Below the pieces are notes generated by a model that worked only from the letters and a program-made list of their open reading frames with translations, was not told where the DNA came from and made no database searches. A stretch of 64,000 nucleotides of DNA from a virus. Lineage: Duplodnaviria; Caudoviricetes. Shown in pieces: positions 50,711-58,903 of this stretch; position 1 is the first letter of the stretch; each line of letters starts with the position of its first letter. The DNA is taken from IMG/VR virus record IMGVR_UViG_3300024246_000001, positions 3,513-67,512 of that record. The stretch is one strand, 5' to 3'. The position numbers and the translations under genes are program-made.

Positions 50711-53266
50711 TCAGAATAGCCCCTCATCCGCCGGGTCGTCGTCCCCGCCCAGCCTCGCGTACGGATTGATGGAGTCCAGTTCAATCTCCTCGGCGCTCGC
50801 GTGGGTGGCCTGGCACTCCGGCGAGCAGTCCTCGAAGTGGCCGAACTGCAAGTCCTGGTCCTCATACATGCGCCCGACCACCTCATTCCACACGGCGTGC
50901 TGGGCCTCGGCGGTCACCCCTTGCCCAGCCAACTCCTTGTTGAACATAGCGCCCATGCGCCCCGGCAGCTCACGCAAGAGGCCCTCGGCGGGCGTCTCAG
51001 CCAGGTCGTCACCGTCGCGAACGGGGAAGAGCACCCACCCGGCGAGGAAGGCTGTGATCATGCGATCGTCATGCTGGCCTGCGTTCGGCGGGACGTAGAA
51101 CCGCTCATAAGTTTTAAGCGCGGCCGAGGTCTCGGTCTGCACGCCCACCGTCTTGACCACCGCGTCGCCCAGCTCTTTGATGAGGAACTTGCTGCGGGGC
51201 TCCATGTCGCGGCGCACCAGCAGCAATCTCCCGCGTGAGTGGAGGATAGGCACGGTGCTCGGGTGCTCGTTGAACCCGATCTGCGGTAAAGTCTTGATAG
51301 CGATGCCGTCCTGCACCGCCTCGGTCTGCCACAGGTTGGTGTAGCCACGGTTCTGGAGGGTGCGCACGGTGAGCATGCCGACCGAGATGCGGTTGATGAT
51401 CAGCTCACACTCATCCAAGTCCGAGGCCCCGCGGTAGATCCGCCCCAAGATGAAGGGGATCACCGCGATCTCCTCGGCGTCCATCGGCGCGGCGAAGTCC
51501 ACCACCTGCACGGCCCGCCCGCCAACCCGCCCTCGCCCGTCGCACGCAGAGCACTCAAGTTGGACGCCCTTCTGCTCAGTGGGGAGCCAGCCCAGACCGT
51601 GGCACGGGTCGCACTGGCCACGCGGCTGCTCCTTGCGCCAGACCTGCACCGCACCATTGTCGATTTTGATGTCGTTGTGCGTGCGGGCCTGCCGGGTCCA
51701 TTTCGGGATGCCGCCGCTCCCCGGTGGGTCGCACGCCTGCACGTAGGTCGCGCGCGTGTCGGGCTGCTCGAACACCCACACAATCCCGCGTGGGTCCTTG
51801 AGGGCGTCGTCGAGTTCCCCTTCGTGCATAGGGCCTAGGTGGTAGCCGACCACGTGGTGGATCGGCGACCGCTTGGCGTCGGCGTACTGCTCCACTTCCG
51901 GGAGCTCGTCCTCGGTCATGAGCCGGTAGGGGATAGGCACGTACGCGGTCGAGTTGAGCTGCATGCGGTCGATGGTCTCATTGGTGAATGCGCCGGCAGC
52001 CGAGTGCTGGAAGGCGTCTATGGGCTCGATCGGGTAGGACTGTTTGAAGATGTTGAGCTTGCCCTTGCGGAAGGCTTGCTGGCGTGTGACCTCGTACCAA
52101 TACATGACCTCCTTGTCGAGGCGGACCTTGGAGTGGTCGGGCATGTAGAGGTGGGAGGTATCATAGACGCGTTCGGCGGCAAGCACCGTATCCGGGCGCG
52201 GCTCCCAACCAATTGGCACTTCCATGCGGCACTTGGAGCGTTGGCCACGAGCGGCCTGGTAGGCGTCGATGAGGTAGAAGGGGGCGAAATTGTAGTCGAA
52301 CCGGCCCGCGCCACCCTCTGCGGTCCCAGACATGACGTTTGTACAGAACTCGTACCAGTAGCCAGATTTCCCCTTTGCGGTGGACTCCATCCCGAAAAGG
52401 GTGCGGCGGTCGAATGGCACGGCCGGGAATAGGCCCTCGTCGAAGTGGTCGTAGGCCCGGTCTGGCGCGACAACGCTGATCTCGGTGCCGTGGAAACCCA
52501 CCCACGTCTCGCCCTTCCCTAAATCCTTCTGTTGGCGGAAGTCCTGCAATTGAATCATGGAGTCGTTGACGAACTCGCTGCCCCCGTCGATGGTCTTGCG
52601 CTTGATCTTCGCGCGCATCCATATGGGCATCTTCTCCCACATGCGCTCCGAACGCCGCTGGAGGGACTGAGTGGACTGGGCGTCGATCGATGCTATAAGG
52701 GCCGGGAAGTAGGAGTAGAAGTTGACGCGGTGGCGGATGAAGGACTGCCACGCCGTCGAAGCTCCTAAATGGCGCGCCTTCAATAATATGAGTAGAATTC
52801 CATTGACCGGAACCTTGCGCTTGGCCTGATCGTGCGCGATGTCCTCCAAGCGGGCCATCTTGAGCAGGAGGGCCTCCTGCATACCGTTGAGGATGAACTT
52901 GCCGAGCGGACCTTTGTTGTCGCCGGTGTGGCCGTCCTCTAGGATGTCCCAGCCCTCGGGCCTATCGGATAAGCTGTGAAGTTGGATTAGGCAAAAATTC
53001 TCCGCCCAGTGGCGCCAATCCAATTGACACAGGATCATCTCATTGTCGATGAACCGTTGCTCGACCGCCGTCAGCTCGCGCGACCACTCGAACGACCCGT
53101 CCTCCTTGATAGTGCGCTTGTCCACCAGCTTGTCAAGGTGGGCCACCATGTCGTCGATCTCGGGCGGGTCGAAGCGGATGATGCGGAACTTGGGGTCGTT
53201 GCGGCGGACGCGCTCGGCGTCGACCACCTTGGAGATGTTCGCTTCGATAATGGCCGGGGAGTACAT
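50711..53266 (-). CDS. terL: terminase large subunit
   Basis: LKARHLGAST Walker A; FHGTE; MESTAKG; RNase H-like nuclease ACDP...HDDRMITAFLA. Confidence 0.9.
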   Translation of the reverse strand: MYSPAIIEANISKVVDAERVRRNDPKFRIIRFDPPEIDDMVAHLDKLVDKRTIKEDGSFEWSRELTAVEQRFIDNEMILCQLDWRHWAENFCLIQLHSLSDRPEGWDILEDGHTGDNKGPLGKFILNGMQEALLLKMARLEDIAHDQAKRKVPVNGILLILLKARHLGASTAWQSFIRHRVNFYSYFPALIASIDAQSTQSLQRRSERMWEKMPIWMRAKIKRKTIDGGSEFVNDSMIQLQDFRQQKDLGKGETWVGFHGTEISVVAPDRAYDHFDEGLFPAVPFDRRTLFGMESTAKGKSGYWYEFCTNVMSGTAEGGAGRFDYNFAPFYLIDAYQAARGQRSKCRMEVPIGWEPRPDTVLAAERVYDTSHLYMPDHSKVRLDKEVMYWYEVTRQQAFRKGKLNIFKQSYPIEPIDAFQHSAAGAFTNETIDRMQLNSTAYVPIPYRLMTEDELPEVEQYADAKRSPIHHVVGYHLGPMHEGELDDALKDPRGIVWVFEQPDTRATYVQACDPPGSGGIPKWTRQARTHNDIKIDNGAVQVWRKEQPRGQCDPCHGLGWLPTEQKGVQLECSACDGRGRVGGRAVQVVDFAAPMDAEEIAVIPFILGRIYRGASDLDECELIINRISVGMLTVRTLQNRGYTNLWQTEAVQDGIAIKTLPQIGFNEHPSTVPILHSRGRLLLVRRDMEPRSKFLIKELGDAVVKTVGVQTETSAALKTYERFYVPPNAGQHDDRMITAFLAGWVLFPVRDGDDLAETPAEGLLRELPGRMGAMFNKELAGQGVTAEAQHAVWNEVVGRMYEDQDLQFGHFEDCSPECQATHASAEEIELDSINPYARLGGDDDPADEGLF

Positions 53267-53532
53267 TACAGACCGGAGTCCACTTCTCCGTCCATGCGCT
53301 TATTCATACGATGAACAAACCGAACCCCAGCAGTCAACAGTTCAAAATACTTGCCATCGAATGGTGCCTCGTATTGGTGGTTATCTGCCAATAAAATGGC
53401 CAAACCTTGGAACTGCTCGCCAGCCTCCAGACGGGCCAGCACCTCGCGCACGATCTTGAGTTTGGGTTCATCCAACTCCACCAACTTGCGGATCGGAACT
53501 ACCGTGCTCGGGTCTGCGGCGTTGGTGGTCAT
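53266..53532 (-). CDS. hypothetical protein
   Basis: TAATG coupling to terL. Confidence 0.55.
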   Translation of the reverse strand: MTTNAADPSTVVPIRKLVELDEPKLKIVREVLARLEAGEQFQGLAILLADNHQYEAPFDGKYFELLTAGVRFVHRMNKRMDGEVDSGL

Positions 53533-53951
53533 AGGCCCGCCTTGCGCGTGCCCACAATGCCGTCGCCCGCATGCGGGTTGGCCGGTTCGGCGGGCTTGGG
53601 TGGCTCTGGCGGTTTGACCAGTTCGGATTGGTCGGCGGCGAGCGCCTCCTCGTCGACCGTGGCCAGCTTGCGGTCGGGAGGAGTGAGGCCGAACCGGCGG
53701 TAGGCGGCGTCCGGGACCTTGGTGCCGCGCTGTTCGAGGATCTCCATCATCGCGAGGGTCTCTTCGAGGGGCTCGGCGGCGTGGGCGTCGGCCTCCGAAT
53801 TGAGGCGGTCCAACTCCTCAAGCTCGGCGTCGGTCAGCTCCACAGGGATAGGGCACAGGCGCTCGAACGCGTCGGCGATGCGCGTGAGTAGAGCCAATGC
53901 CTCGCGCGTGCGTTCAGTTACCCACTGCCACTCACCATCACTCAAACTCAT
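53529..53951 (-). CDS. hypothetical acidic protein
   Basis: RBS AAGGAG; ATGA coupling. Confidence 0.6.
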   Translation of the reverse strand: MSLSDGEWQWVTERTREALALLTRIADAFERLCPIPVELTDAELEELDRLNSEADAHAAEPLEETLAMMEILEQRGTKVPDAAYRRFGLTPPDRKLATVDEEALAADQSELVKPPEPPKPAEPANPHAGDGIVGTRKAGL

Positions 53952-53960
53952 GTGATCTCC

Positions 53961-54161
53961 TTATAGCTCCCCAAAATTATAGTCTGGTGGTGGCGGGCAC
54001 GGGTGCCTGTCGAGCCCACTCTTATACAGGAATTGGAACCCGCAGCGCGGGCACTGGTTAGATAGTCGCTCAACCTCGCCGATGAGTTGCTCAACATGTA
54101 TTGAGGTGATCCGCCCAGAGGCGAGCAGTTCGCGCAAGAGTCTAGTGTTCAAGCGGCTCAT
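53961..54161 (-). CDS. small C2H2-like zinc-finger protein
   Basis: CPRCGFQFLYKSGLDRH.C. Confidence 0.5.
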   Translation of the reverse strand: MSRLNTRLLRELLASGRITSIHVEQLIGEVERLSNQCPRCGFQFLYKSGLDRHPCPPPPDYNFGEL

Positions 54162-54886
54162 TGGTCGATCAACTTCTGCACGCGCACGTTGATGGGCTCA
54201 CCGCCACCACCTGCGTTTTCTTGCTTGGCGCTTGCCGCTGCGTTGGCGCTGACGATGATGTCCCGCACACCGCCGGAAGCATGGCCGGCGCTGCCTTTGC
54301 CACCCATGGCCCCGCCGTGGAGGCCCACGAACATCTCGATGTATTTGGGGTCGGCGAACACTCGCACCTCGCCAGAACCATGGCAATACCAGCACTCGGG
54401 TGCAGGTTCGCCGTCCTCGCCCGGCAAGTAGCCCTCACCCTCGCATTTGGTGCAATCCACGATGCGCGGCTCAGCAGCTTCCCCGAGCCCGTCGATCACG
54501 CGTTCCAGCCGGGTGCCGGACTTCGCGATGGCCATGCCCAAATTGCGCGCGCCTACCAGAGCGAGTAGTTCTGGGAGCTTGACCCCGAACTTGGCCATCA
54601 CCGTGTCGACCGGGTAGCGGATGCGGCCGGTCTGGCGATCGGGCAGGCTGGAGGTGGATGGATCGAGCATGAAATCATACATGAGCCGGAATTTGGACGG
54701 CGCGATGGGGCGACCCTGCTCGTCCTCGGCCGGCTCGGCGGCGATGGCGAATTCGAGGGCCTCGATGATGGTCGGTAGGCCGATGTGCTGTTCGAGGAGG
54801 GCGCGGGAAGCCTTGCGCGCAAAGTAGGGCGTGGCGACGGGCGCCGGCTGGAGCTCGGCGGAATCTGGCGGTTGGTCGGCGCTCAT
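54158..54886 (-). CDS. putative terminase small subunit with CxxCxGxG finger
   Basis: Helical, Gly-rich C-terminal tail; upstream of terL; CTKCEGEG...CWYCHGSG. Confidence 0.55.
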   Translation of the reverse strand: MSADQPPDSAELQPAPVATPYFARKASRALLEQHIGLPTIIEALEFAIAAEPAEDEQGRPIAPSKFRLMYDFMLDPSTSSLPDRQTGRIRYPVDTVMAKFGVKLPELLALVGARNLGMAIAKSGTRLERVIDGLGEAAEPRIVDCTKCEGEGYLPGEDGEPAPECWYCHGSGEVRVFADPKYIEMFVGLHGGAMGGKGSAGHASGGVRDIIVSANAAASAKQENAGGGGEPINVRVQKLIDQ

Positions 54887-56253
54887 GAGAGACATTCTAA
54901 CTCGCCGCATCCCCAGTGGAGGCCCAACTGGTGAGCAAGCAGGCAAGCTGCGTACGCTGCCTGGAGAGGTACGACTCCATTTCCGCAGGCGCGCAGTCGG
55001 TCCATCCGCCCGAAGTGTATTGGTCCGGCCAGCCCATCAACCACTCCACGAAGCGCGGATTCAGGTACAGCCGGGAGCCTGCCCAGCCCTCCGGAAGCGA
55101 TAATTGCGGCCCACCCGTCAACATCCGAGGGGCTTGGTGGCCAAGGAGGGAATTCGTAGGGGCATTCGGGCTCGGCGTGCCACCGTCCTTGCCGTCGCGA
55201 GTCGTCGGGGTTGCCCAACCCACAGCCTGCGCCGGAAGTGGTGTACCACCCGCTCCGAAACTCATGTTCGGCCCACCCTTCTCCCCGTCCGTCGCGCGGG
55301 GGCTGCTCCAGTTCTGCGCTTCCCCCACAAGCGTCCGCCCGTGCGTCACCCCGTGGCTCGGCGCCGCCTTCGTGTTGCGGTTCTCGTTCGGGCTCGCGCG
55401 GGGGGTAGGCCACTGCCCCGCCATCGTCTGGAGTGACGGCCTGACCGCCGCACCCTTGCTCAAGGACTGATTCGTGCCATAGGGCTGTGTCGGTGTTGGC
55501 CATTGCTCCATCGCCGCCGCTGCATGGTCCGGCAGATTCCGCCCGCCGTGTTTGGTTCCATACCTCCCATGGCGTGCCGCATCCGCTGCTCCCTGTGAAT
55601 CGTGGGCTTGTGGAGTCGTCCACTGGCGAACTTGTGACCCGAGGTCCACTTGCCGCTTCCCCCGTGAAGTCGCACCTTTCGCCGCCACGTTCTCCGCGCT
55701 CATCACGCGGCCACCGTTCGGCACATTGGGCGTCATCCACGGCGAGGATGAACAGTCGCTCTCTGCGATGTGTTGCGCCCACTTCCGCCGCCGAGAATAT
55801 ACCTGCCGCAACTTTGTAGCCCATCTCTTCCAATTGTGGTCCGACGATGCGGAATCCCTTATTGAGGTGGTTGGCGACGTTCTCAAACAAGCACCAAGCT
55901 GGCCCAACCTCTCGCACAATTCTGGCGACCTCCGGCCACAACCACCGCGGGTCGTCAACTCCACGCATGAGCCCGGCGACACTCTCTCCCTGGCAGGGGT
56001 AGCCGCCGATGATGCCGTCCACAATTCCACGATAAGGTCCGCCGCGGAAGGTTCGAAGGTCAGTCCAGATAGGAGCCGGGTCCATCGCTCCCGCTTCAAT
56101 AGCCTGCGCCAGCATGGCTGCGGCTGGTCCTTCCCTCTCCACGTAAGCGAGCGTGACGCAAGCTGGGTGAAGGATTCGGAGTCCAAGGTCCAGGCCGCCG
56201 ACTCCTGAGCAGAGACTGATAATCCGGCGAGGACGGCTTGTGGGATGATCCAC
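54883..56253 (-). CDS. C5 cytosine DNA methyltransferase, alpha frame (motifs I-VIII and X)
   Basis: SLCSGVGG (I), GGYPCQ (IV), FENV (VI), HRRERLF (VIII), RLRACGNGVVP (X); probable GTG start at 56253. Confidence 0.9.
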   Translation of the reverse strand: MDHPTSRPRRIISLCSGVGGLDLGLRILHPACVTLAYVEREGPAAAMLAQAIEAGAMDPAPIWTDLRTFRGGPYRGIVDGIIGGYPCQGESVAGLMRGVDDPRWLWPEVARIVREVGPAWCLFENVANHLNKGFRIVGPQLEEMGYKVAAGIFSAAEVGATHRRERLFILAVDDAQCAERWPRDERGERGGERCDFTGEAASGPRVTSSPVDDSTSPRFTGSSGCGTPWEVWNQTRRAESAGPCSGGDGAMANTDTALWHESVLEQGCGGQAVTPDDGGAVAYPPREPEREPQHEGGAEPRGDARADACGGSAELEQPPRDGRGEGWAEHEFRSGWYTTSGAGCGLGNPDDSRRQGRWHAEPECPYEFPPWPPSPSDVDGWAAIIASGGLGRLPAVPESALRGVVDGLAGPIHFGRMDRLRACGNGVVPLQAAYAACLLAHQLGLHWGCGELECLS

Positions 56254-56255
56254 AT
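54897..56255 (-). CDS. methyltransferase beta frame (WxTP repeats plus motif IX-like LNPRFVEWLMGWP)
   Basis: 452-codon ORF almost wholly inside the alpha gene in another frame; WMTP/WTTP/WPTP/WPTP/WSSP/WATP repeats. Confidence 0.8.
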   Translation of the reverse strand: MWIIPQAVLAGLSVSAQESAAWTLDSESFTQLASRSLTWRGKDQPQPCWRRLLKRERWTRLLSGLTFEPSAADLIVELWTASSAATPARERVSPGSCVELTTRGGCGRRSPELCERLGQLGACLRTSPTTSIRDSASSDHNWKRWATKLRQVYSRRRKWAQHIAESDCSSSPWMTPNVPNGGRVMSAENVAAKGATSRGKRQVDLGSQVRQWTTPQAHDSQGAADAARHGRYGTKHGGRNLPDHAAAAMEQWPTPTQPYGTNQSLSKGAAVRPSLQTMAGQWPTPRASPNENRNTKAAPSHGVTHGRTLVGEAQNWSSPRATDGEKGGPNMSFGAGGTPLPAQAVGWATPTTRDGKDGGTPSPNAPTNSLLGHQAPRMLTGGPQLSLPEGWAGSRLYLNPRFVEWLMGWPDQYTSGGWTDCAPAEMESYLSRQRTQLACLLTSWASTGDAAS

Positions 56256-56260
56256 ACGGG

Positions 56261-56845
56261 TCAGGCTCCGGCAAGTTCGCCCCGCCACTCCACAAGCTCG
56301 GCGTCCCGAGGCCCGGCCACCTTGAACTGGACCGCCGCGCCGCCGCCGTATTGGTGGATGAACACGCCGCAGTTGCGCGCGGTGGCCATGCAATTGCGCG
56401 TGCCTGGCGAGCTGCCGTCCCACACTGCCACGAGTAGGTCGGCCAGCGGGCGATACTTAGGCTCAAGGATGCCTAGCATGGCGGCGTTGCGGGCAGGCCC
56501 AGCCGACTTGCCATCCCTATCCCAGTCGCTGGCAAGGTGGGCTACCTCGATATCTGCTGAATCACTCAACAGCAAAGGCCATGATTGCTCCCATGCGACG
56601 TAGCCCGCCCTGTCGGCGAAGTAGATCGTGCGCGGCACGCCCCTCGCGCGCGCCCACCCGAGCGCAAGGTGATCTACGCCGGCCGCGTCCCCGAGCCGGA
56701 CCTGCACGTCGAATCCGGTGGTGGTGTAGTAGGCCCACTCGGCGTCCAAGAGGTCCCACACCAACTCGCGTGCGGTGATCCCGCGCGAGCCGCTGACGGC
56801 GATGATGAACGGGCCGGACATGTTGGGCGAGGGCAGCATGGTCAT
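56261..56845 (-). CDS. YspA/DUF2493 SLOG-family protein
   Basis: IAVSGSR...GDAAGVD..A..WA...DW...GKSAGPARNAAM...WDGSSPGT. Confidence 0.85.
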   Translation of the reverse strand: MTMLPSPNMSGPFIIAVSGSRGITARELVWDLLDAEWAYYTTTGFDVQVRLGDAAGVDHLALGWARARGVPRTIYFADRAGYVAWEQSWPLLLSDSADIEVAHLASDWDRDGKSAGPARNAAMLGILEPKYRPLADLLVAVWDGSSPGTRNCMATARNCGVFIHQYGGGAAVQFKVAGPRDAELVEWRGELAGA

Positions 56846-57150
56846 AATATACGTTCCACTGAATACCATTTCCGTACCCAACCACGCGCAAAGGTAGGTA
56901 CTTTGTCCTTATCGTAGGCTGTACGACGTAGAACGAAAACGCCCTTCTTTATTAAAGCATCAACAGTTGATAATCGAGCAAAGACAAGACGATCGGTTTG
57001 TCTGGTTCTATCACTAACCTCAGGTTCGTTTTGATCGGGTTCCACCGCGAAATATTCAGCCCAACCAGCGCCGAGTATTAGAAGCTCTTTGCCCTCGGCG
57101 ATATCATTCAACAACTGCGACTGCGCCGATGTTAATCTCGATTTGCTCAT
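56842..57150 (-). CDS. hypothetical protein (low GC)
   Basis: ATGA overlaps at both ends. Confidence 0.55.
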   Translation of the reverse strand: MSKSRLTSAQSQLLNDIAEGKELLILGAGWAEYFAVEPDQNEPEVSDRTRQTDRLVFARLSTVDALIKKGVFVLRRTAYDKDKVPTFARGWVRKWYSVERIL

Positions 57151-57638
57151 CGCGACCACACCCATCCCGCCACCAGCCCGAGCAAGGTGCCCGCCAGAGC
57201 CCCAGCCAACGCGGAGTAGTAGATCAACTTGCGCTCGTAATTAGGTGCGCATGTGGGGCGCGGCGGGGCGCCAGCCGGGCGGTAGAACTCTTGCCGAGGC
57301 TGCGGATTGAACCACTGCACCGGCGCATCTTCTTGAAGGTATTGGCGCATCGACTCATAAGCACGGCGCAGCTTGGCGTCTTGGTCGGCCATGATGTCGG
57401 TGGCGGTAGGTATTGGCCGTGACTGGGTTTGGCCACTGCACACCGGGCACGCCGGGCACGCCGCTACAAGGTTATCCACACCGGTACGGGCGCACTCCGC
57501 TGGTCGCCACACTACCCAAGGGTGTTTGTATGTGCGCCAAAAGTGCCCGCAGCGGCAGGCTCCCATCTCGCGCGTGGTTTCCCTGTGTACGCAGTAGTGG
57601 GCCTCGGACAATGAGGGCTGGTGCAGGGTGTCAGGCAT
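57147..57638 (-). CDS. Cys-rich protein with C-terminal TM helix
   Basis: ACRCGH, CPACPVC; C-terminal hydrophobic helix; probably leaderless. Confidence 0.6.
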   Translation of the reverse strand: MPDTLHQPSLSEAHYCVHRETTREMGACRCGHFWRTYKHPWVVWRPAECARTGVDNLVAACPACPVCSGQTQSRPIPTATDIMADQDAKLRRAYESMRQYLQEDAPVQWFNPQPRQEFYRPAGAPPRPTCAPNYERKLIYYSALAGALAGTLLGLVAGWVWSR

Positions 57639-57645
57639 GCGTGCC

Positions 57646-57675
57646 ACTATGTCACACAAGTTGCCCGCCAGTCAA
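57646..57675 (-). promoter_or_regulatory. sigma70-type promoter (TTGACT-N4-GGCAA class)
   Basis: TTGACT-18-CATAGT; ATG 8 nt downstream. Confidence 0.55.
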
Positions 57676-57778
57676 CAAGTCATTCATGCCCCCGGCCTAT
57701 TTTTTTTTTGGCCCCGCGCACAGGCGCTTGACATGCCTAATTTTTTGGTGTCGAGCGGATTGCAAGCACCCTCGCGCG

Positions 57779-57798
57779 CCCACCCCCACCCCACCCCC
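57779..57798 (-). other. canonical G-quadruplex motif
   Basis: GGGGG-T-GGGG-T-GGGGG-T-GGG on the - strand in non-coding DNA. Confidence 0.6.
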
Positions 57799-57902
57799 GC
57801 AACAATTCCGCCGCAAGTATTCCAAGGTGTAAGGAAGCCAATTAAGGCGGGCTGGCCGGGCGGCGGAGGGGTCCAAGGAATGGATGCTGCCTGCCTCTCT
57901 CT

Positions 57903-57932
57903 AGGATAGCATGGCTCTGGCAAGGCTGTCAA
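57903..57932 (-). promoter_or_regulatory. leftward sigma70-type promoter
   Basis: TTGACA-18-TATCCT with extended TG. Confidence 0.5.
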
Positions 57933-57952
57933 GCGTCAATTTGCCGTCAAGG

Positions 57953-58068
57953 GGTATATCGTATATCGTCTTACCGTATACCGATAATTATACGTTTAAC
58001 TCTATTACCCATAACCTTATGAATGAACAAGAAAACTGCGTAAGACGGTATACGGTATACGATATACC
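57953..58068. repeat. inverted heptamer arrays flanking an AT-rich core (ori/pac-like)
   Basis: Left GGTATAT-CGTATAT-CGTCTTAC-CGTATAC; right (reverse complement) GGTATAT-CGTATAC-CGTATAC-CGTCTTAC. Confidence 0.7.
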
Positions 58069-58202
58069 ATTGACGCCGGCTTGACGCATCCTTGACGCCT
58101 GCCACGGCCACCAGCCTGGCGACTGTCACGGGCAGCACGGCGGCACACGTCATCTAAGGTTGCCGGTGGTAGTGGCGGTGGGTTGCTCGGGAAGGCAGCG
58201 AG

Positions 58203-58231
58203 AGCATATCGGAAAAACTTACCAATGTCAA
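58203..58231 (-). promoter_or_regulatory. leftward sigma70 promoter
   Basis: TTGACA-17-TATGCT. Confidence 0.65.
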
Positions 58232-58243
58232 GCACAAAGTGAC

Positions 58244-58324
58244 TGACAAAAAGTGTCAGTTATGGTGCGTGGGTGACATAAAGTGTTAGTGACGGTAATT
58301 GGAGTGGTGTGACACTAATTGTCA
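58244..58324. promoter_or_regulatory. three TGACA-N5-TGTCA boxes
   Basis: 58244-58, 58274-88 (one mismatch), 58310-24. Confidence 0.7.
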
Positions 58325-58396
58325 CCTGGGTGCTATCAATGATATCGTTGCCTATAAGGTATTGATTACAAAGGGTAAAAAAATAGGAATATAAGC

Positions 58397-58425
58397 TTGA
58401 CAATGGCGTCGCTTGGCATTATCAT
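58397..58425 (+). promoter_or_regulatory. strong early sigma70 promoter
   Basis: TTGACA-17-TATCAT with an A-tract UP element; RBS AAGGAGG follows. Confidence 0.8.
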
Positions 58426-58456
58426 TACCCTAGAGTCAATAAGGAGGACTCGCAAC

Positions 58457-58903
58457 ATGATCGCACGACAGTTCACACGCCGTCTCGTCGTCAACCTCGC
58501 AACCGCCGCGGCGCTCACCTTAATAGCCGTGGCATCGACCAACGCGCAACCAGCAATCCGGCAGGCCACCACGGCGCGCCCGCCGGTAGTCAATGTTAAT
58601 ACAGCCTCGCTCGCGCAGCTCTGCTACCTGCCGCAAGTCGGGGAGGCGCGCGCGGCTGCCATCGTTGCCGGCTGGCCGTACCATGCGCCGGGCGAGCTGG
58701 CGAAGGTCAAGGGGATTGGCAAGGGCAAGAGGCTGGCGAGCATGCTGCCGTTCGTGACGGTGAGCGGCGCGACCACGGCGACCGGCAAGATCGTCGCCTG
58801 CAAGGCCGGCGAGACTGGCGCGGCATGTCAGGCTCGTGTGGGGAGCAAGCGGGAAGTGATCCAATTCGCCAACAGCGTGCGAGTGGTGGAGGTGAAGCCG
58901 TGA
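58457..58903 (+). CDS. comEA: ComEA-family helix-hairpin-helix DNA-binding protein with signal peptide
   Basis: VNVNTASLAQL..LP.VGEARA.AIV...PY.....L.KVKGIGKG; hydrophobic N-terminus. Confidence 0.85.
   Translation: MIARQFTRRLVVNLATAAALTLIAVASTNAQPAIRQATTARPPVVNVNTASLAQLCYLPQVGEARAAAIVAGWPYHAPGELAKVKGIGKGKRLASMLPFVTVSGATTATGKIVACKAGETGAACQARVGSKREVIQFANSVRVVEVKP

Noticed and set aside
56261-56845. SLOG protein as a defence-system component
   Set aside because: Stand-alone YspA/DUF2493 genes are common in phages; no effector partner is adjacent.
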